40,664 bases of DNA from Seison nebaliae (Eukaryota). Both the position numbers and the translations under genes were made by a program. Shown piece after piece: positions 11,114 to 23,292 of this stretch. Within the stretch, counting starts at the first letter, position 1, and each line of letters begins with the position of its first letter. The stretch is taken from NCBI GenBank assembly GCA_023231475.1, contig JALJEE010001049.1, positions 1 to 40,664 of the forward strand. Reading direction: 5' to 3'. The notes beneath the pieces were generated by a model. The model had not been told where the DNA came from and searched no databases. It worked only from the letters and a program-made list of their open reading frames with translations.

Positions 11114-12149
11114 GAGAAATAATGGAAAAGGAGGAGGAGATGTCTGAATGAAAGTAGAAATGAATAAGAGAGAAATAATTTACAACATATGAAATATAGT
11201 AGTAGAGGAACTGGGTAGTTTGCGTGAACTTACCTATCATTACTTATGACTCTTCAACTGACTATGTTCTCAATACAAGCACTGGGCAGAATGAGTGCGG
11301 CATTTGGTAAATAAATTTTTTAGAAGTTCTTCTTTACAAAAAAATGGAGAGGGAAGAGAATGTTAAGATTATTTCAAAATAATTCATTTTATGATATTCC
11401 TCTATTAAATAGAGTCTATTTATTCAATTAACGATTAGGAAATACATAGAAGGAAATAGAGAATCATTTAATAAATCGTTCCATCTTCGACGAATATGTA
11501 ATTGGAATATTTTTTTTATTAATTCCAATTCCATTAATTAATTCTCTTTTAGAAAAATGGAGAAATTAAATTGAATATATTCTCATCAAAAGTTGTGTTG
11601 GAAAAATAATTGTGAGAGAAAATTTGGAAAAATTTCATAAAATTAATTTGGGGAAAAAGTGGAATCGAATGATTATTGTCTACTTGACCTGGTATTGGTC
11701 GTAACTCTGATATGTTAATGTCTTTTCGTCTCTTATGAATTTGTTGAAGAGAGATATTACACTATTACACTATTACACATGAACATTAATTAATTTGTAC
11801 ACATAAATCGATCTGTTATTGAAATGAGATTGATCGAACGATTTCTCTTTCAAAGAAATTATTTAAATCTAATAGTTTTTGAACATGGACAATTAAATGT
11901 TTTTACATCATCAAATTTATTTAATTTTTTTAATTCGTAAATTTGAGTTGAACTTAAATATCAAAAAAATAAATGAAAATAAACATAATGACAATAACTC
12001 CTCCCAAATGGTTTATGAGCAGATTGTTTCTATGACGATATCAATTGACTTCATTCAATGTTATTCTCCATAATGACATCATGTCAATCATCGTTAAACT
12101 TGGTGACTGGAAGAGAAAGGGAAATGTTGTTGTTGGAACCGGAAGAATT

Positions 12150-13976
12150 TTAAATGATTTGTACTCGATTTAACGAATGATCGGAAACCAGAATGTTATA
12201 TCCAGATGTTATTAAAACATCTTCCAAGTCTTCGAATTGTAAAGATGGTAAATTTTGGAGGACGGACGTAACGTACACACCGTCGTTTTTGAAAACCTGT
12301 AAACGGAAATTTCCGGAATCCACTACGACTATATTTCCGTTAACATCGACAGCTATGCCACGGGGATATCGTAATTGTCCGAACTTTGTGCCTTTTTCAC
12401 CGATACTAAACATGAATTCTCCTTTCAAATCGAATACTTCGATTCGATGATTGAAAGTGTCACTCACGTAGAGACGTTCATGTTGTTGAGACAAAGCCAA
12501 ATAAGTTGGAGAAGAGAGATTGCCGTGTTTAGTTCCTTTCCTTCCGAACTGACTCACATAGTTGCCATTGATTGTATATATTTGTATTCGATGATTACCT
12601 TTGTCACATATGTAAATGAGTTCAGTTCGAATATCATATGCGATGGCGGTAGGTGATGAGAATTTATATTTGACATTTGCAATTAAACGAACAAATTGAC
12701 CAAACCGATCAAATATGGAAACTGTATTGGCTTCATTGTCACTAATAATATAGTCGCCATTCTCCGTTGAACAGATACCGAACGGTGCACGAAAAGGTTT
12801 TATACATTTGACACAACGACCAGATTTCTGTTGAATGATAACCACCTGATGATTTCCACTATCACAAATAGCAACGGCACCATTCGATGTTGGTGAAATG
12901 GTTATGCCATTCGGTTTATTCAATTTCATTTCTCCATTGATTTCATTCATAAGAATTCTCTTTATTCGTCGTCGATTTCGATATGTCAATACCTGTTTTC
13001 CTAACGTGCTCAAATATTCGGCGTGTTTCGGAGAATTTGGATCTTTTAACTCCTCGCCAATTTCCCCATCATCTTCCTCCTCATTTTTTCTTTCTTTCTC
13101 TTCATCCAAATTTATATTGGGTAATTTCAATTGGTCATTGACAGCATCTTTTATAAATGTTCCACTTCTCTTCAAATCAGTCAATGCCACAGTTGTGGTG
13201 GTGGCGACTTTCGAAGTAGTTTTTGTTTTCGGTTTCCTTTTAGTTCTCATTCCTTCTCGTATCTCGGCTGATGTTCGGCGAAATTTACTGATATCGAACG
13301 ATTCTTGAACAACCGGTTCTGGTGACTGAACCTTCCCCCATTTAGGTGCAGCTAAACCAGTTGGAGCTTTCTTTTTCGGTGTTTGATCGAAAGAAATAAA
13401 AAATAAATTCTTCTGATTCACCATTCCATTTCCTGGTGATGATATATCGATCTCTTCTAAAGAAACCTTACCAAATTTTTTGAAGGAAGTTTTTAATTGT
13501 TTCATATTCGATATGTCAATATGAATCTGTTGAAGTAAGTTTAAGTCGAATTTTCTGAAGAGAGATTTTTAAACTTCACTTAATTGAATCAATTTATCAC
13601 TTTCATTGAGAATTTGATAGGTGTTCATCGAACGATCATTAGTTTTGAGAATCTTCTCAATCTTCTCTTTCGCCTTCATCAATAACGGAAAATCATCGTC
13701 AAATTTCCTAAAAAAATTAAAGGAAATCTTTTTAATTGAACAAAACCGACAATTCTGATTTGTTACGAGATTGAGATCTTTCCAGATACTTTTCTCTCGT
13801 TCATGCAGTGCACAAATCAACTCATTAATTGCATATGATATGGATGTTCGTTCATTTTCACTTTTCTTTTGGAATTCCGCTTTCATCGAACTAGTTTCGC
13901 TTATTCTCTCGTTAATCAATAACAATCGTTCCTCTAATGTCTTTCGACGTTGAACGTTATCATCCCCATATTCCAT
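12150..13976 (-). CDS. Coiled-coil + NHL-repeat protein (TRIM2/3/71-like, no RING/B-box seen), probably 3 exons
   Basis: Six NHL repeats (e.g. FSSPTAIAYD...DKGNHRIQIY; GQLRYPRGIAVD...DSGNFRLQVF). N-terminal BBC-like coiled coil (INELICALHEREKSIWKDL). Introns at 13708-13746 and about 13528-13574. Confidence 0.8.
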
Positions 13977-14915
13977 TATTGAAATATTTATTCAATATTC
14001 CCCTCACATACCACTAGCATCTATCCACATAATCATAGCAACCAAATTCGGTTTGAAAGAATCTTTTGAAATCTTCGAGATTTCCTGCGAAATTTCTATA
14101 AAATTTCTAGCTCATTTCATATGATCTTTCTAATTAATTATTTTTATTACTATTTCCGGAAATGGTCGTCGATTAATAAACAAAAAATTTCAATGAGAAA
14201 TATAAGTGAAATTGTCGTAATTCCTATCATTTAATCGTTGAAGATATTTCGTGAACTTTCATAATGGAAGTTCCATTGCCATATCATGAGTGTTAATTTT
14301 TAACAAGTTTTAGATTAACTAATGATAATTCTATTCCCAACAAAGAAAGATATAAATTCATTTAATCAGATTTTATTTATAGTTTGCCCAATAAAAATAG
14401 CTTTTGTATGTTCAAATCTCACTTCTATTACTTCTCTTTTTGGTAAAACTTAAATTTTTCCACTGTTTCTATGGTACATTCTGTCGTCTCTTCCCGCATA
14501 ATCGATGGTGTATTCTATTTTACTTTCCATCTCTCTTAGTTTCGGCCCATTCTGATCCAACGCGGTTGCCATTCTTTCGAAAGGTGAATCTTCGTGTATT
14601 CCTTGTGATCTGATCTTTGTTTTTCATTAATATTTAGAAAAAAACAATCGTTAAGACTGTCCGTGTTATACATGTGGTTAATTGCAAATTGTTTACTTCT
14701 GCTCATTGCATGATTCTGTTTTGGGTTGAACTAAGTCGGGTTTAATTTGGACATCGAATTGTCCCATTGCTTTTACCGTTCCATGGTATTTGCTAATGCT
14801 GCAGCTGGTCCAATGTTTCAGCGCGGTATCGGTTATTTCTTGGAAGAATTTTTTCTTTGCGAACGCCTCAGCTGTTTCCTGATTCATATAGCATGATTGC
14901 TAGCATGACCATTTT

Positions 14916-15310
14916 CTATAGAATTTTCAAGTCGGAAATGGGATAAAGTCTGGTAGTCAAATCTCTTTTTTGCATAGTTTTTTCAATTAAATAATTTCTC
15001 CTCCTCAATTTATTATACAAAGTCTGAAACCAATAATTGGTATTAACATTCAGTCTTAAAACAATTTGATAGAAATTTTCGAATTCGAAGGCGGAGAAAT
15101 TATCTAGAGAACCAAATTTCCTCACAAAATGAGGCAAATGGTATAAAAGATGAACATTGTCAGTATCATTATTGCCATATAAACGAGGAAAAGTTTCTAC
15201 AAATTGGTTTAAAGATTTTTCCGCCATATCTATGGCTTCTGGTGATAAGGCGGTAGAAGTCAATATATGTGTTGCATAAACTAAATAGCAAAGATGTTTG
15301 TAATAAATTT
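14916..15310 (-). mobile_element. CMC/EnSpm (CACTA)-like transposase remnant
   Basis: LYG...NVHLLYHLPHFVRKFGSLDNFSAFEFENF matches the conserved NVHxLxHL...GxL...SAFxFEN block of animal EnSpm/CMC transposases. Flanking frames are interrupted by stops. Confidence 0.75.
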
Positions 15311-15942
15311 TGAATCAGTTTTATATACAAAAATCACATATGCCATCATAAACCAATTGATTTGTAATATATGAGTTTTCCTCCAATATAGACACTAATA
15401 TAATGATTTGGTAGAAAATAAAAACCCTATCTTAATCAGCATTATTTTCTACATAACTTAAGTATTTTTATTTCCAATTTGCGTTAGGCCCCATCGGATA
15501 CCTTCCTTGTTAGGAAGTATATAAAAGAATCATAGGTATGACTGTGTCTCGTTGATCAATTGAGTGAGGATCTATGGTCTGGTGACTGCTTTAATAGTCG
15601 CTCCCCGAATGCTTCGACCTCCAAGTTTGCGTAACTTCACGTAAATAAGTGATTACCCGATTGACATTTGAGGGATACTTAATCGGGAAATCTTAATCGT
15701 TTGAGCTTTGTCGCATATGGGTTTAATTGGTCTTGACGCAACTATATCCATATTATCCATTAGATGCATGATTGGATGATAAAGGACATAATGGGATTTA
15801 TCGATGGATAAGATGTCGGCGATAAAATTGGCTTCCAATTCCATTCGTTGACTGATGATTATTGGGAGAAGATGAAGATGGAAGAAGAATTTGAAGCTTA
15901 TGGGGAGAATGCGAATTTTTAAGAGAATTCACATTTGAAGTA

Positions 15943-18900
15943 ATGAGCGAAAATCACTGCAATGAAACGATTGAAGAATTCATTGATCGAATGAAAGAGG
16001 ACAGATATGATAGAACGTTAAAGATGATGAAGGAGATCGATGAAGGTGAGAGTGAAACGACTTTGTTCCATGTACAAGAATACAAGAGGAAAATTAGTCA
16101 AATTCCGAGACTGAAAGAGAATGAACAGAAATCTTTCTTGGCAGTTCAATTGGATTATTATGAGTCATTATTAGGATTGATTAATGAATTATCACGAAAT
16201 GGAAATGTGTCGATGGAACAGGCATTTTTAGGAAGAATGGGTAACAATTGGGATTTGGAGGGAATGGACTCCACACGTCGACGTCAATTGAAGAAAATTG
16301 TTGTGAGATTGTTGAATTGTTGTTGTGAGAAATCATCCAATCCTTCCAATCAATGGAATGATAGTCTTCATGAATTGTTCGGACTCATCAACACCACTAC
16401 TACCGTCAGTACGATCTCCATTCCATGTATCGATCGAAAGAGAGCGGAAGATATGAGAAATATTTATGATTTCCTCAAATCCATCGGAATCGTCGAACTT
16501 CGCAAATTGGCGAAAGAGAAAAAATTGAAAGATTCCGCCGTCTTATCATCTCGAGAATCATTGAAACAACGAAAACTCGCACAAAATAAAACTCCAACAT
16601 CAACACCAACTACAACAAAAACAACAAAAACATCAACTACAACAAAAACGACAAAAACGACAAAAACTACGAAAACTGTTGAGACAAAATCATCGTCGAT
16701 CGAGTCGGATAAGAATAAGAAGATGAAGGAGAAAAGGACGACAACGACGACACCGATAATGGTAGTGACGAAGGCGAAAACAAAAAAGAAGAAATCGGAG
16801 AAAATGGAAATGAAGGAAGAGTTGATGGAATTGGATAATTTAGAAAAGACGAATAAAAGTGAGAAGAAATCGAAAGAAAAGAAAATGTCAACCGATCGAA
16901 CTTCCACAAAAAGAAATACAAAACGAACAATAACTGAAGAGAATGTGAATGAAAATGATTCAATTGGAAAAAAACAAAGAAAAGTTGAAATTAAAATTGA
17001 GAAGAATATTATCGAGGATGATACTGATGTTGATATTAGTGAGATTCCAGTTGAATTCCTCAACATCTCTCGATATGATAATGATAATTTTCCGTTATCT
17101 TCAATTCTCATGGATGAGCGTATGGAATTATCGTGTAATCTCATTCAATTAATGCATACATATTTCGTATGTCATCGATGTGGTTTGATGGGTTTGATTT
17201 ATTTGGATGGAATGGACGTCAGTGACGATTGTGAGAAAAGTGGAAAGAATTTGACGAAAACGAAGAAAAAGAAAAGTGGATTTAGGAAAAGTGGAAAAAA
17301 GGAGAAACTTCTCATCGAACATATTTATGAGAATGATTCCTATTTATATCGTTGTCGTTCCAAATGTAATCGATTATTTCATCGACGGTGTTTCTATCTC
17401 AAGAATAATATCAATGACATGATTTCCAATTCGATCGATATGACGATCGTATCAAAATCGGATGATATCGATTGTTGTACAGAATGTGCGACGAATATCA
17501 CTTGTTGTTTTAATTGTTTACATATTGGTCGAGTTCGTGGAAATAAGATTAGCATTTCGACGACGATTAAGAAAGAGTCGAATGAGAAAGAACTCGTCGA
17601 TTTATTCGGATGTTCTATGGATAGTTGCAAGAAGAATTATTGCGAGAAATGTATTCGAAGTAATCCGTTATTCGTTTATTTGTTAATGGAAGAAGAAGAG
17701 ACACAATTCCATTGTTCTCGTCATGTTTGTCTCACATGTTCTTTAGCTGTTTATAGTCGAGCGAATGGCAATTTGAAATTGATGAGTCGAATGCATGAAA
17801 TTAACCGATTAAATAAAATTGCAGATGATCAAGAACAAATTTTCCAGAAACATTTGGAAGAATCAAATTCATCGAAATCGATCGATTTCCATCAATCCTC
17901 ACAAGTGGTTGAGAGAAAGATTGGAAAGACTACTTCGTCGTCGACGGAAGAACATGTCGACGAGAACAAATCGGAGAATGATGATAAATTTAAATTATCG
18001 AAAAAATTAATTTTGGAGAATGTTTATCGGAAATCAAATTTACCATTAGTCCGATGCATTTTCTGTCCGGCTGCTTACCATTCTACTAATTATTGTCTGC
18101 CAATCGGAACATTTCTTTATAAGCCATCGGATGCTTATCGACTCCGTCAATTGAGACGAATTTTCCGTTATTTCCATCATATTGTCGATGAGGAAGACGA
18201 AGCGAATTTCGGATTATTTGACGATTTATCAGTTCGTTATGTACTCTGTCCGAAACATCATGTCACAACATTATCCATTGAGAATATCCATTATTCATAT
18301 TCGAAATTATTTAACGATATGAATCTATTTAATCATCCAACTATTCCTAATCAATTTCGTGTTACTGGTAGTTCCAAATTTCAACCGATCAATGCACATT
18401 GGTGTTTCAAATGTGGAGATTGTGGCGTGTTGAATATGTGTTCAGCATGTCCCGCTGCTTTCCACAGTCATTGTATGACGGAAGAACAACGAAATCATCA
18501 CAGTCAATTGACATCCGATCAACCATGGTTCTGTGACGATTGTAAATTAGGTCGAGCACCAGTTTGTGGAAGTATAGTTCTAGTAAAGATTGGATCATAT
18601 CGATGGTGGCCATGTCAATTGGTTCATAATAATAATTTGAAGCATAATATTCTTCGTCTTAAGAAACAACATGGAGAGTATTGTGTCATGTTTTTCGGGA
18701 CGGGAGAATATTATTGGGTAACGAGAAGTCGAACGATTATGTGGGAGAAAGGAGATGAGAATAATGAGAAAGATGAATCGGGTCGATTTCGTATAGCATT
18801 CAAAGATGGTGTCGATATCGCTAATAAGATATTCAAACAGATAAATATTCTGTCGAAAAGTTTAAGTAATTTATTCTATCAATCAAATCAATATCATTTG

Positions 18901-19761
18901 AAGCGACGAAGTTATATTTATCATTTCATTAAACGGAATTTGGAGAAAAGTATGAGAGCCGATCTAAATATGTTACCGTCGTCTGAGAATCGTCTTTCTC
19001 TGAATAATAAAATTCATAAAAAGTCGATGAATGTAGAACAATGTGATTGTATGATAATGACAGATTTGGAAAGTAATTGGAAGACGACAAATCGGATGAG
19101 AAATCGAAAGAAAATCCAAAAGAATTCCAATACTGACACGACCATTCCAATGGAATTGGAATGGAAATGTTTCGACGATCAATGTGTTAATCGACAACTA
19201 CGATATGAATGTAACAAGAAAGATTGTGGAGAGAAATGTCTGAATCAACGTTTCGCTCTCCGACAATATCCACCACAAATTCCGTTACCGATAATGAAAG
19301 GAGAAGGTGGTTTCGGATTGTTCACACTCGTCGATATTCCGGCGGGAAATTTTGTCAATGAATATGTAGGAGAGTTATTGCAAGAGAATGATTGTCGTGA
19401 ACGTCTCAACTGGTCAGCTAAATCGAACATTAAAGATTTTTATTTTCTTTCAGTAGATAAAGATATCACCATCGATCCAGGTCGTTGTGGCAATTTGGCA
19501 CGATTCATGAACCATTCGTGCGATCCAAATTGTGAAGCGCAAAAATGGGTCGTCACCAAATCGAATCGTGTCGGGTTTTTCGCTCGACGATTCATCGCAG
19601 CTGGCGAAGAATTGACATTCAATTATATGGTTGATGGAAAACGAACACAAAAAATGGAATGTTGGTGCGGTTCAAAAAATTGTATGGGATTCCTCGGAAC
19701 TGAGCAAGGTACATCCGCAAATAATATTCCATCAACAGTTGTCATTACATCTAAAGAATAA
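15943..19761 (+). CDS. NSD: NSD/Mes-4 family histone H3K36 methyltransferase, single exon, 1272 aa
   Basis: Several PHD fingers (e.g. WCFKC...CSACPAAFHSHC...WFCDDC); PWWP (VLVKIGSYRWWPC); AWS; SET (ARFMNHSCDPNC, GEELTFNY); post-SET (CWCGSKNCMGFLG). Confidence 0.93.
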   Translation: MSENHCNETIEEFIDRMKEDRYDRTLKMMKEIDEGESETTLFHVQEYKRKISQIPRLKENEQKSFLAVQLDYYESLLGLINELSRNGNVSMEQAFLGRMGNNWDLEGMDSTRRRQLKKIVVRLLNCCCEKSSNPSNQWNDSLHELFGLINTTTTVSTISIPCIDRKRAEDMRNIYDFLKSIGIVELRKLAKEKKLKDSAVLSSRESLKQRKLAQNKTPTSTPTTTKTTKTSTTTKTTKTTKTTKTVETKSSSIESDKNKKMKEKRTTTTTPIMVVTKAKTKKKKSEKMEMKEELMELDNLEKTNKSEKKSKEKKMSTDRTSTKRNTKRTITEENVNENDSIGKKQRKVEIKIEKNIIEDDTDVDISEIPVEFLNISRYDNDNFPLSSILMDERMELSCNLIQLMHTYFVCHRCGLMGLIYLDGMDVSDDCEKSGKNLTKTKKKKSGFRKSGKKEKLLIEHIYENDSYLYRCRSKCNRLFHRRCFYLKNNINDMISNSIDMTIVSKSDDIDCCTECATNITCCFNCLHIGRVRGNKISISTTIKKESNEKELVDLFGCSMDSCKKNYCEKCIRSNPLFVYLLMEEEETQFHCSRHVCLTCSLAVYSRANGNLKLMSRMHEINRLNKIADDQEQIFQKHLEESNSSKSIDFHQSSQVVERKIGKTTSSSTEEHVDENKSENDDKFKLSKKLILENVYRKSNLPLVRCIFCPAAYHSTNYCLPIGTFLYKPSDAYRLRQLRRIFRYFHHIVDEEDEANFGLFDDLSVRYVLCPKHHVTTLSIENIHYSYSKLFNDMNLFNHPTIPNQFRVTGSSKFQPINAHWCFKCGDCGVLNMCSACPAAFHSHCMTEEQRNHHSQLTSDQPWFCDDCKLGRAPVCGSIVLVKIGSYRWWPCQLVHNNNLKHNILRLKKQHGEYCVMFFGTGEYYWVTRSRTIMWEKGDENNEKDESGRFRIAFKDGVDIANKIFKQINILSKSLSNLFYQSNQYHLKRRSYIYHFIKRNLEKSMRADLNMLPSSENRLSLNNKIHKKSMNVEQCDCMIMTDLESNWKTTNRMRNRKKIQKNSNTDTTIPMELEWKCFDDQCVNRQLRYECNKKDCGEKCLNQRFALRQYPPQIPLPIMKGEGGFGLFTLVDIPAGNFVNEYVGELLQENDCRERLNWSAKSNIKDFYFLSVDKDITIDPGRCGNLARFMNHSCDPNCEAQKWVVTKSNRVGFFARRFIAAGEELTFNYMVDGKRTQKMECWCGSKNCMGFLGTEQGTSANNIPSTVVITSKE
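16607..16677 (+). repeat. Coding 9-bp-period repeat encoding (TTK)n
   Basis: ACAACAAAA/ACGACAAAA units; peptide TTTKTTKTSTTTKTTKTTKTTKT. Confidence 0.8.
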
Positions 19762-20243
19762 TTATTTTACAATGAACTAAATTAATTTTTAAAAAGTTTC
19801 CCACATTTCTTTATATTCAATATTTTCCTAATTCTTAACTTCTTTAACTCAATTCTATTCCGTATTCTTTTTTCGTTAATGATATTAGTATAATTTTCTC
19901 AAACTATTAAATTTTATTGAACATTCTCCATTTCTTCTCCATTGACATTACACATATTATTATTCGACTTCTTATGTTCAACCATAGTTATATGGACGTT
20001 TTAGTCATACCATTGTAAAGATTTGTTGAAAACAAATTTCATTAAGATGATTTAGAATGAATTTAGGAATCAATGATGATAAGTTACTTTATCCGGTAGC
20101 ATTCTATTTATAATGGAGTCAAATATGATAAGGTTTAACAGATTTATTCGAACGACCAACGGAAACGTCACGATTGTTAAGTTAGGTGTATATCCTTCTT
20201 TATAACCATTATCATGTTTGATTCAATATTATTGAAAAAACTA

Positions 20244-20316
20244 TGGAGATGCCGGGTATCGATCCCGGTACCTCTTACATGCTAAGCAAGCGCTCTACCA
20301 TTTGAGCTACATCCCC
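20244..20316 (-). tRNA. tRNA-Ala (anticodon AGC)
   Basis: GGGGATGTAGCTCAAATGGTAGAGCGCTTGCTTAGCATGTAAGAGGTACCGGGATCGATACCCGGCATCTCCA forms a cloverleaf with a G3-U70 pair and the eukaryotic Ala T-loop (ATCG). A T6 Pol III terminator lies just downstream. Confidence 0.97.
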
Positions 20317-21678
20317 ATATAAACAAATAAGATAACAGCTATATAAACAATAGTTAATCCGATTGATTATTGTTTATTATTATAACTTAACTATCCGATT
20401 AACTTAATCGATAATCCTTATTTTCCGCGAATTACGTTAATTTCCTATTAATTATAAAGTGAAACTTTAGGCCCTTGAGATCTTTCTATTCGTTTTTTCG
20501 ATGATCGTGATATCTATATCAGACGATCTAATACTACTATATTAGTATTATTATATATATAATTGACATTATATTGACAATATAATTAATCCACATTAGA
20601 TATCTAATTTCATTATATATTTGAGGTGTATTAGATCATTGTGATGCAATAGTGATTTAAGAATTATGGTGAACATAGATCTACTCAATAGATACTAATA
20701 CTCTAATCGTCATACAGAACGAATAAGTTCAATCTCAATAACATATATTTACCATGTTCAATATTTACCGTTATAGCAATCATACGAGAAAGGCACGCAA
20801 TGAAATTATACAGAAATATTATCGCAATAAATTCAAACGAAAGAATACTAATAGGGGAGATTTTAATGTCAGATAATGCCAGTTTACAAGATCATAGAAC
20901 TTGTTAGATCAGTTTATGTTGGTAACTTCACTTCTAATCGAATTGGTGAAAGGAGTGAACCTTTAGGAGGAGTTAATCCATTCTCATGAAAAAAGAAAGA
21001 AGTTAACCTTGCTAAAAAGAATGGAGTTAACCCTCTTTTCCCTAAAAGGAACGAAATTCACTCTTTGTTTTGAAAAAGAAAATTTCCTAGTTTTTAACAG
21101 AAGAAGAATGAAGATATCACAACAATATATATAAATATGATTGAAATAATATTATGAGGGGGGACTTTTAGAACATAGGACAAAAATTCCAAAGTTTATT
21201 CCAATATTTCAAATTGAACTTTCTAAATAACGAAGGACTCTTTCCTCCATCACTGTGGAATAATTATGAAAGGACGAAAAATGGTCTTCCTCCCACCAAC
21301 AACATGTTAGAAGGGAGAATTGTTCAGTCCGAATTTTGTTATTCTAGATTAATTGGTTATGATGGGATGAATATATACTAATTGAGGAATCCTAATTTAC
21401 GATATTCAATTATTCAACGAGAAAATAGTTATATTCCTATAAATAACAAAAGCTTAATCCAATAACATGCAGTAAAAGTAGAAGTTATTTAATAGATGTC
21501 ATACAATTAAATTCTATTGTAGAATATTCTACTTTTTCAATTATGGGAAAATCCAAAATTTGGATATTCGTTGTTATTTGCCTTAATCAAATAAAATATT
21601 ATCCGAATTTAATGTTCCGATTTTTGTGCACATTTTTTAAGTTAGAGAAAAATCTATAATCGTTTCGGTCGAATAACA

Positions 21679-22224
21679 ATGTTTTTATCAATTGCTTATA
21701 TATCTTTCATTATTCCGCTAATTATTTATGGGTTAGAAGAACCAATATCGATGAACATTAATCATTTTACTTATCACATGCTGAATGGATCATTTGATTA
21801 TCAAACTAGCAAAACGACGTGCATAAACATGGGATATGACTTCCATATGCTAAATATGGTCAGTTTTATAAGGTTCTACATGTTTTGTAACAAAATGGAC
21901 GAAATTAGTAAACAGTTTTATGTTCAAATGCAAAAAATCGGCCGTTCCTCAGCTGCCTATAATTCAAGATGGAACGTCCACTTACTTACCAGCTTTTTCT
22001 CGAACTTACCGTTAGATAATATGTGTCAAACAACGGATTGTGCTCTAGTGATTACTTGTGTGAATGGTACAGATTACGTCTCACAAACAGTTCTTAGAAC
22101 CGAATTGGTCAATACTGTTGTTTGTACTAACGCAAAACTAATTGTGAAGAGAGATAAAATATTTACTAGCAACGAGAGGCGAAATAATTCGCTTATGCAC
22201 AATTACTTTTCCTCCATGAATTAG
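21679..22224 (+). CDS. Secreted protein, divergent C-type-lectin-like domain (181 aa, intronless)
   Basis: Signal peptide; YHMLNGSFDYQTSKTTCINMG resembles the CTLD N-terminal Y..F...W..A...C...G pattern; C-terminal C..DCALV...VVC. No EPN/QPD/WND motifs. Confidence 0.5.
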   Translation: MFLSIAYISFIIPLIIYGLEEPISMNINHFTYHMLNGSFDYQTSKTTCINMGYDFHMLNMVSFIRFYMFCNKMDEISKQFYVQMQKIGRSSAAYNSRWNVHLLTSFFSNLPLDNMCQTTDCALVITCVNGTDYVSQTVLRTELVNTVVCTNAKLIVKRDKIFTSNERRNNSLMHNYFSSMN

Positions 22225-22887
22225 AGAAACGAATTATGAATTGAAATATCAAATTAAAAATATTATAAACTATCATTTATTTATCTTTTAGTCGTTTTAG
22301 TTGAAGTTTAATTTTAATCAGTTTTTAATCAACCATTGTCATAGTGATAATTCGTCGTAGGCGTGATATATTCGTGATCATTCAATATTCCAATTTCAGT
22401 AGGGAATTTCAGTAAAAAAAATATTCGTAATTTTTTTATTTTGTTAAATTTTTAAATTTACGAAAAGATTTTATGTATCGGTTTTATTAAGCTTTGAATA
22501 TTAGAAATCTTTCCGCCATAAATGAGCTAATCGGCATAATCATTACCGTAATTGCAGAACAAGTAGAATGTTCTTAATTTCACCATAGAGACGCCTGAGC
22601 CTCATGTAAGTGAAACAATTTCTATTTAAAACAATTGTTATGGTTGTAAATTAGTTTCGGGTCGATTGATGACATTTGTTGGGAGATATGCCGGACAACA
22701 CTGACATCTGATATCAAATGAAACGAATTCGGTAAAGAGTATTCAAATGATAATAAAGAATGGAGAAAAGAATTAAAAGATTGGATGAAATTTTTTTAAA
22801 ATAAACCGATTGATGTCACATGAAATTTCGCTTCTTTCTTTTTGATATTAATATTGGAACAAAGATTATGCGACACTGCCATTGCTA

Positions 22888-23292
22888 TCACAAGTGATAA
22901 ACAACTTTGCGATGAGAGGAGTGGTAAAAAAATATTATTTGCATATTGTGATCCAGATCGAGCACACCATAATGCACAATATGGATGATATTGTAATACT
23001 GTCTCAGTACTGTCTCATATTCATCTTGCCATAGAAGACTTCTATTCTCAAATCCAAATGCAAAATCAGTTGGTAGCCGAAAACCATTCGTTCGCAACTG
23101 CTCGCGTAAATCATTATCCTCAGGAATGATTAACCTTGTCCAAGATGGACCATGGAAGGCCTGACAATCATCCGTTGTCGACGGTTTAATTTGAATATGA
23201 TAATATGGTGTCTCATGTTCAACGTCAAATAGGTTCATTAAATTTAATATGGAGAAGAAAATTTGTATGAAGAAAAAGAACGACCTGAACAT
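22888..23292 (-). CDS. Hypothetical secreted protein, possibly a frameshifted CTLD-like paralogue or pseudogene
   Basis: Hydrophobic N-terminus and YYHIQIKPSTTDDCQAFHG. An alternative frame after a T-run continues AKLFITCDSNGS, loosely like ALVITCVNGT in 21679-22224. Confidence 0.35.
   Translation of the reverse strand: MFRSFFFFIQIFFSILNLMNLFDVEHETPYYHIQIKPSTTDDCQAFHGPSWTRLIIPEDNDLREQLRTNGFRLPTDFAFGFENRSLLWQDEYETVLRQYYNIIHIVHYGVLDLDHNMQIIFFYHSSHRKVVYHL

Noticed and set aside
11671..11760. GACCTGGTATTG match to U2 stem-loop IV, or a U7-like hairpin
   Set aside because: No U2 5' domain (GTAGTA branch-pairing region) or proper Sm site. The short match is likely chance.
15653..15844. Short minus-strand ORF upstream of NSD
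   Set aside because: No recognisable motif. It may belong to the adjacent transposon relic, but I cannot support that.
16464..17144. 226-aa antisense ORF, plus other antisense ORFs over NSD, NHL, ANKFY1 and PRDM14
   Set aside because: These are shadows of low-complexity Lys/Thr/Glu/Ser-rich sense coding sequence.
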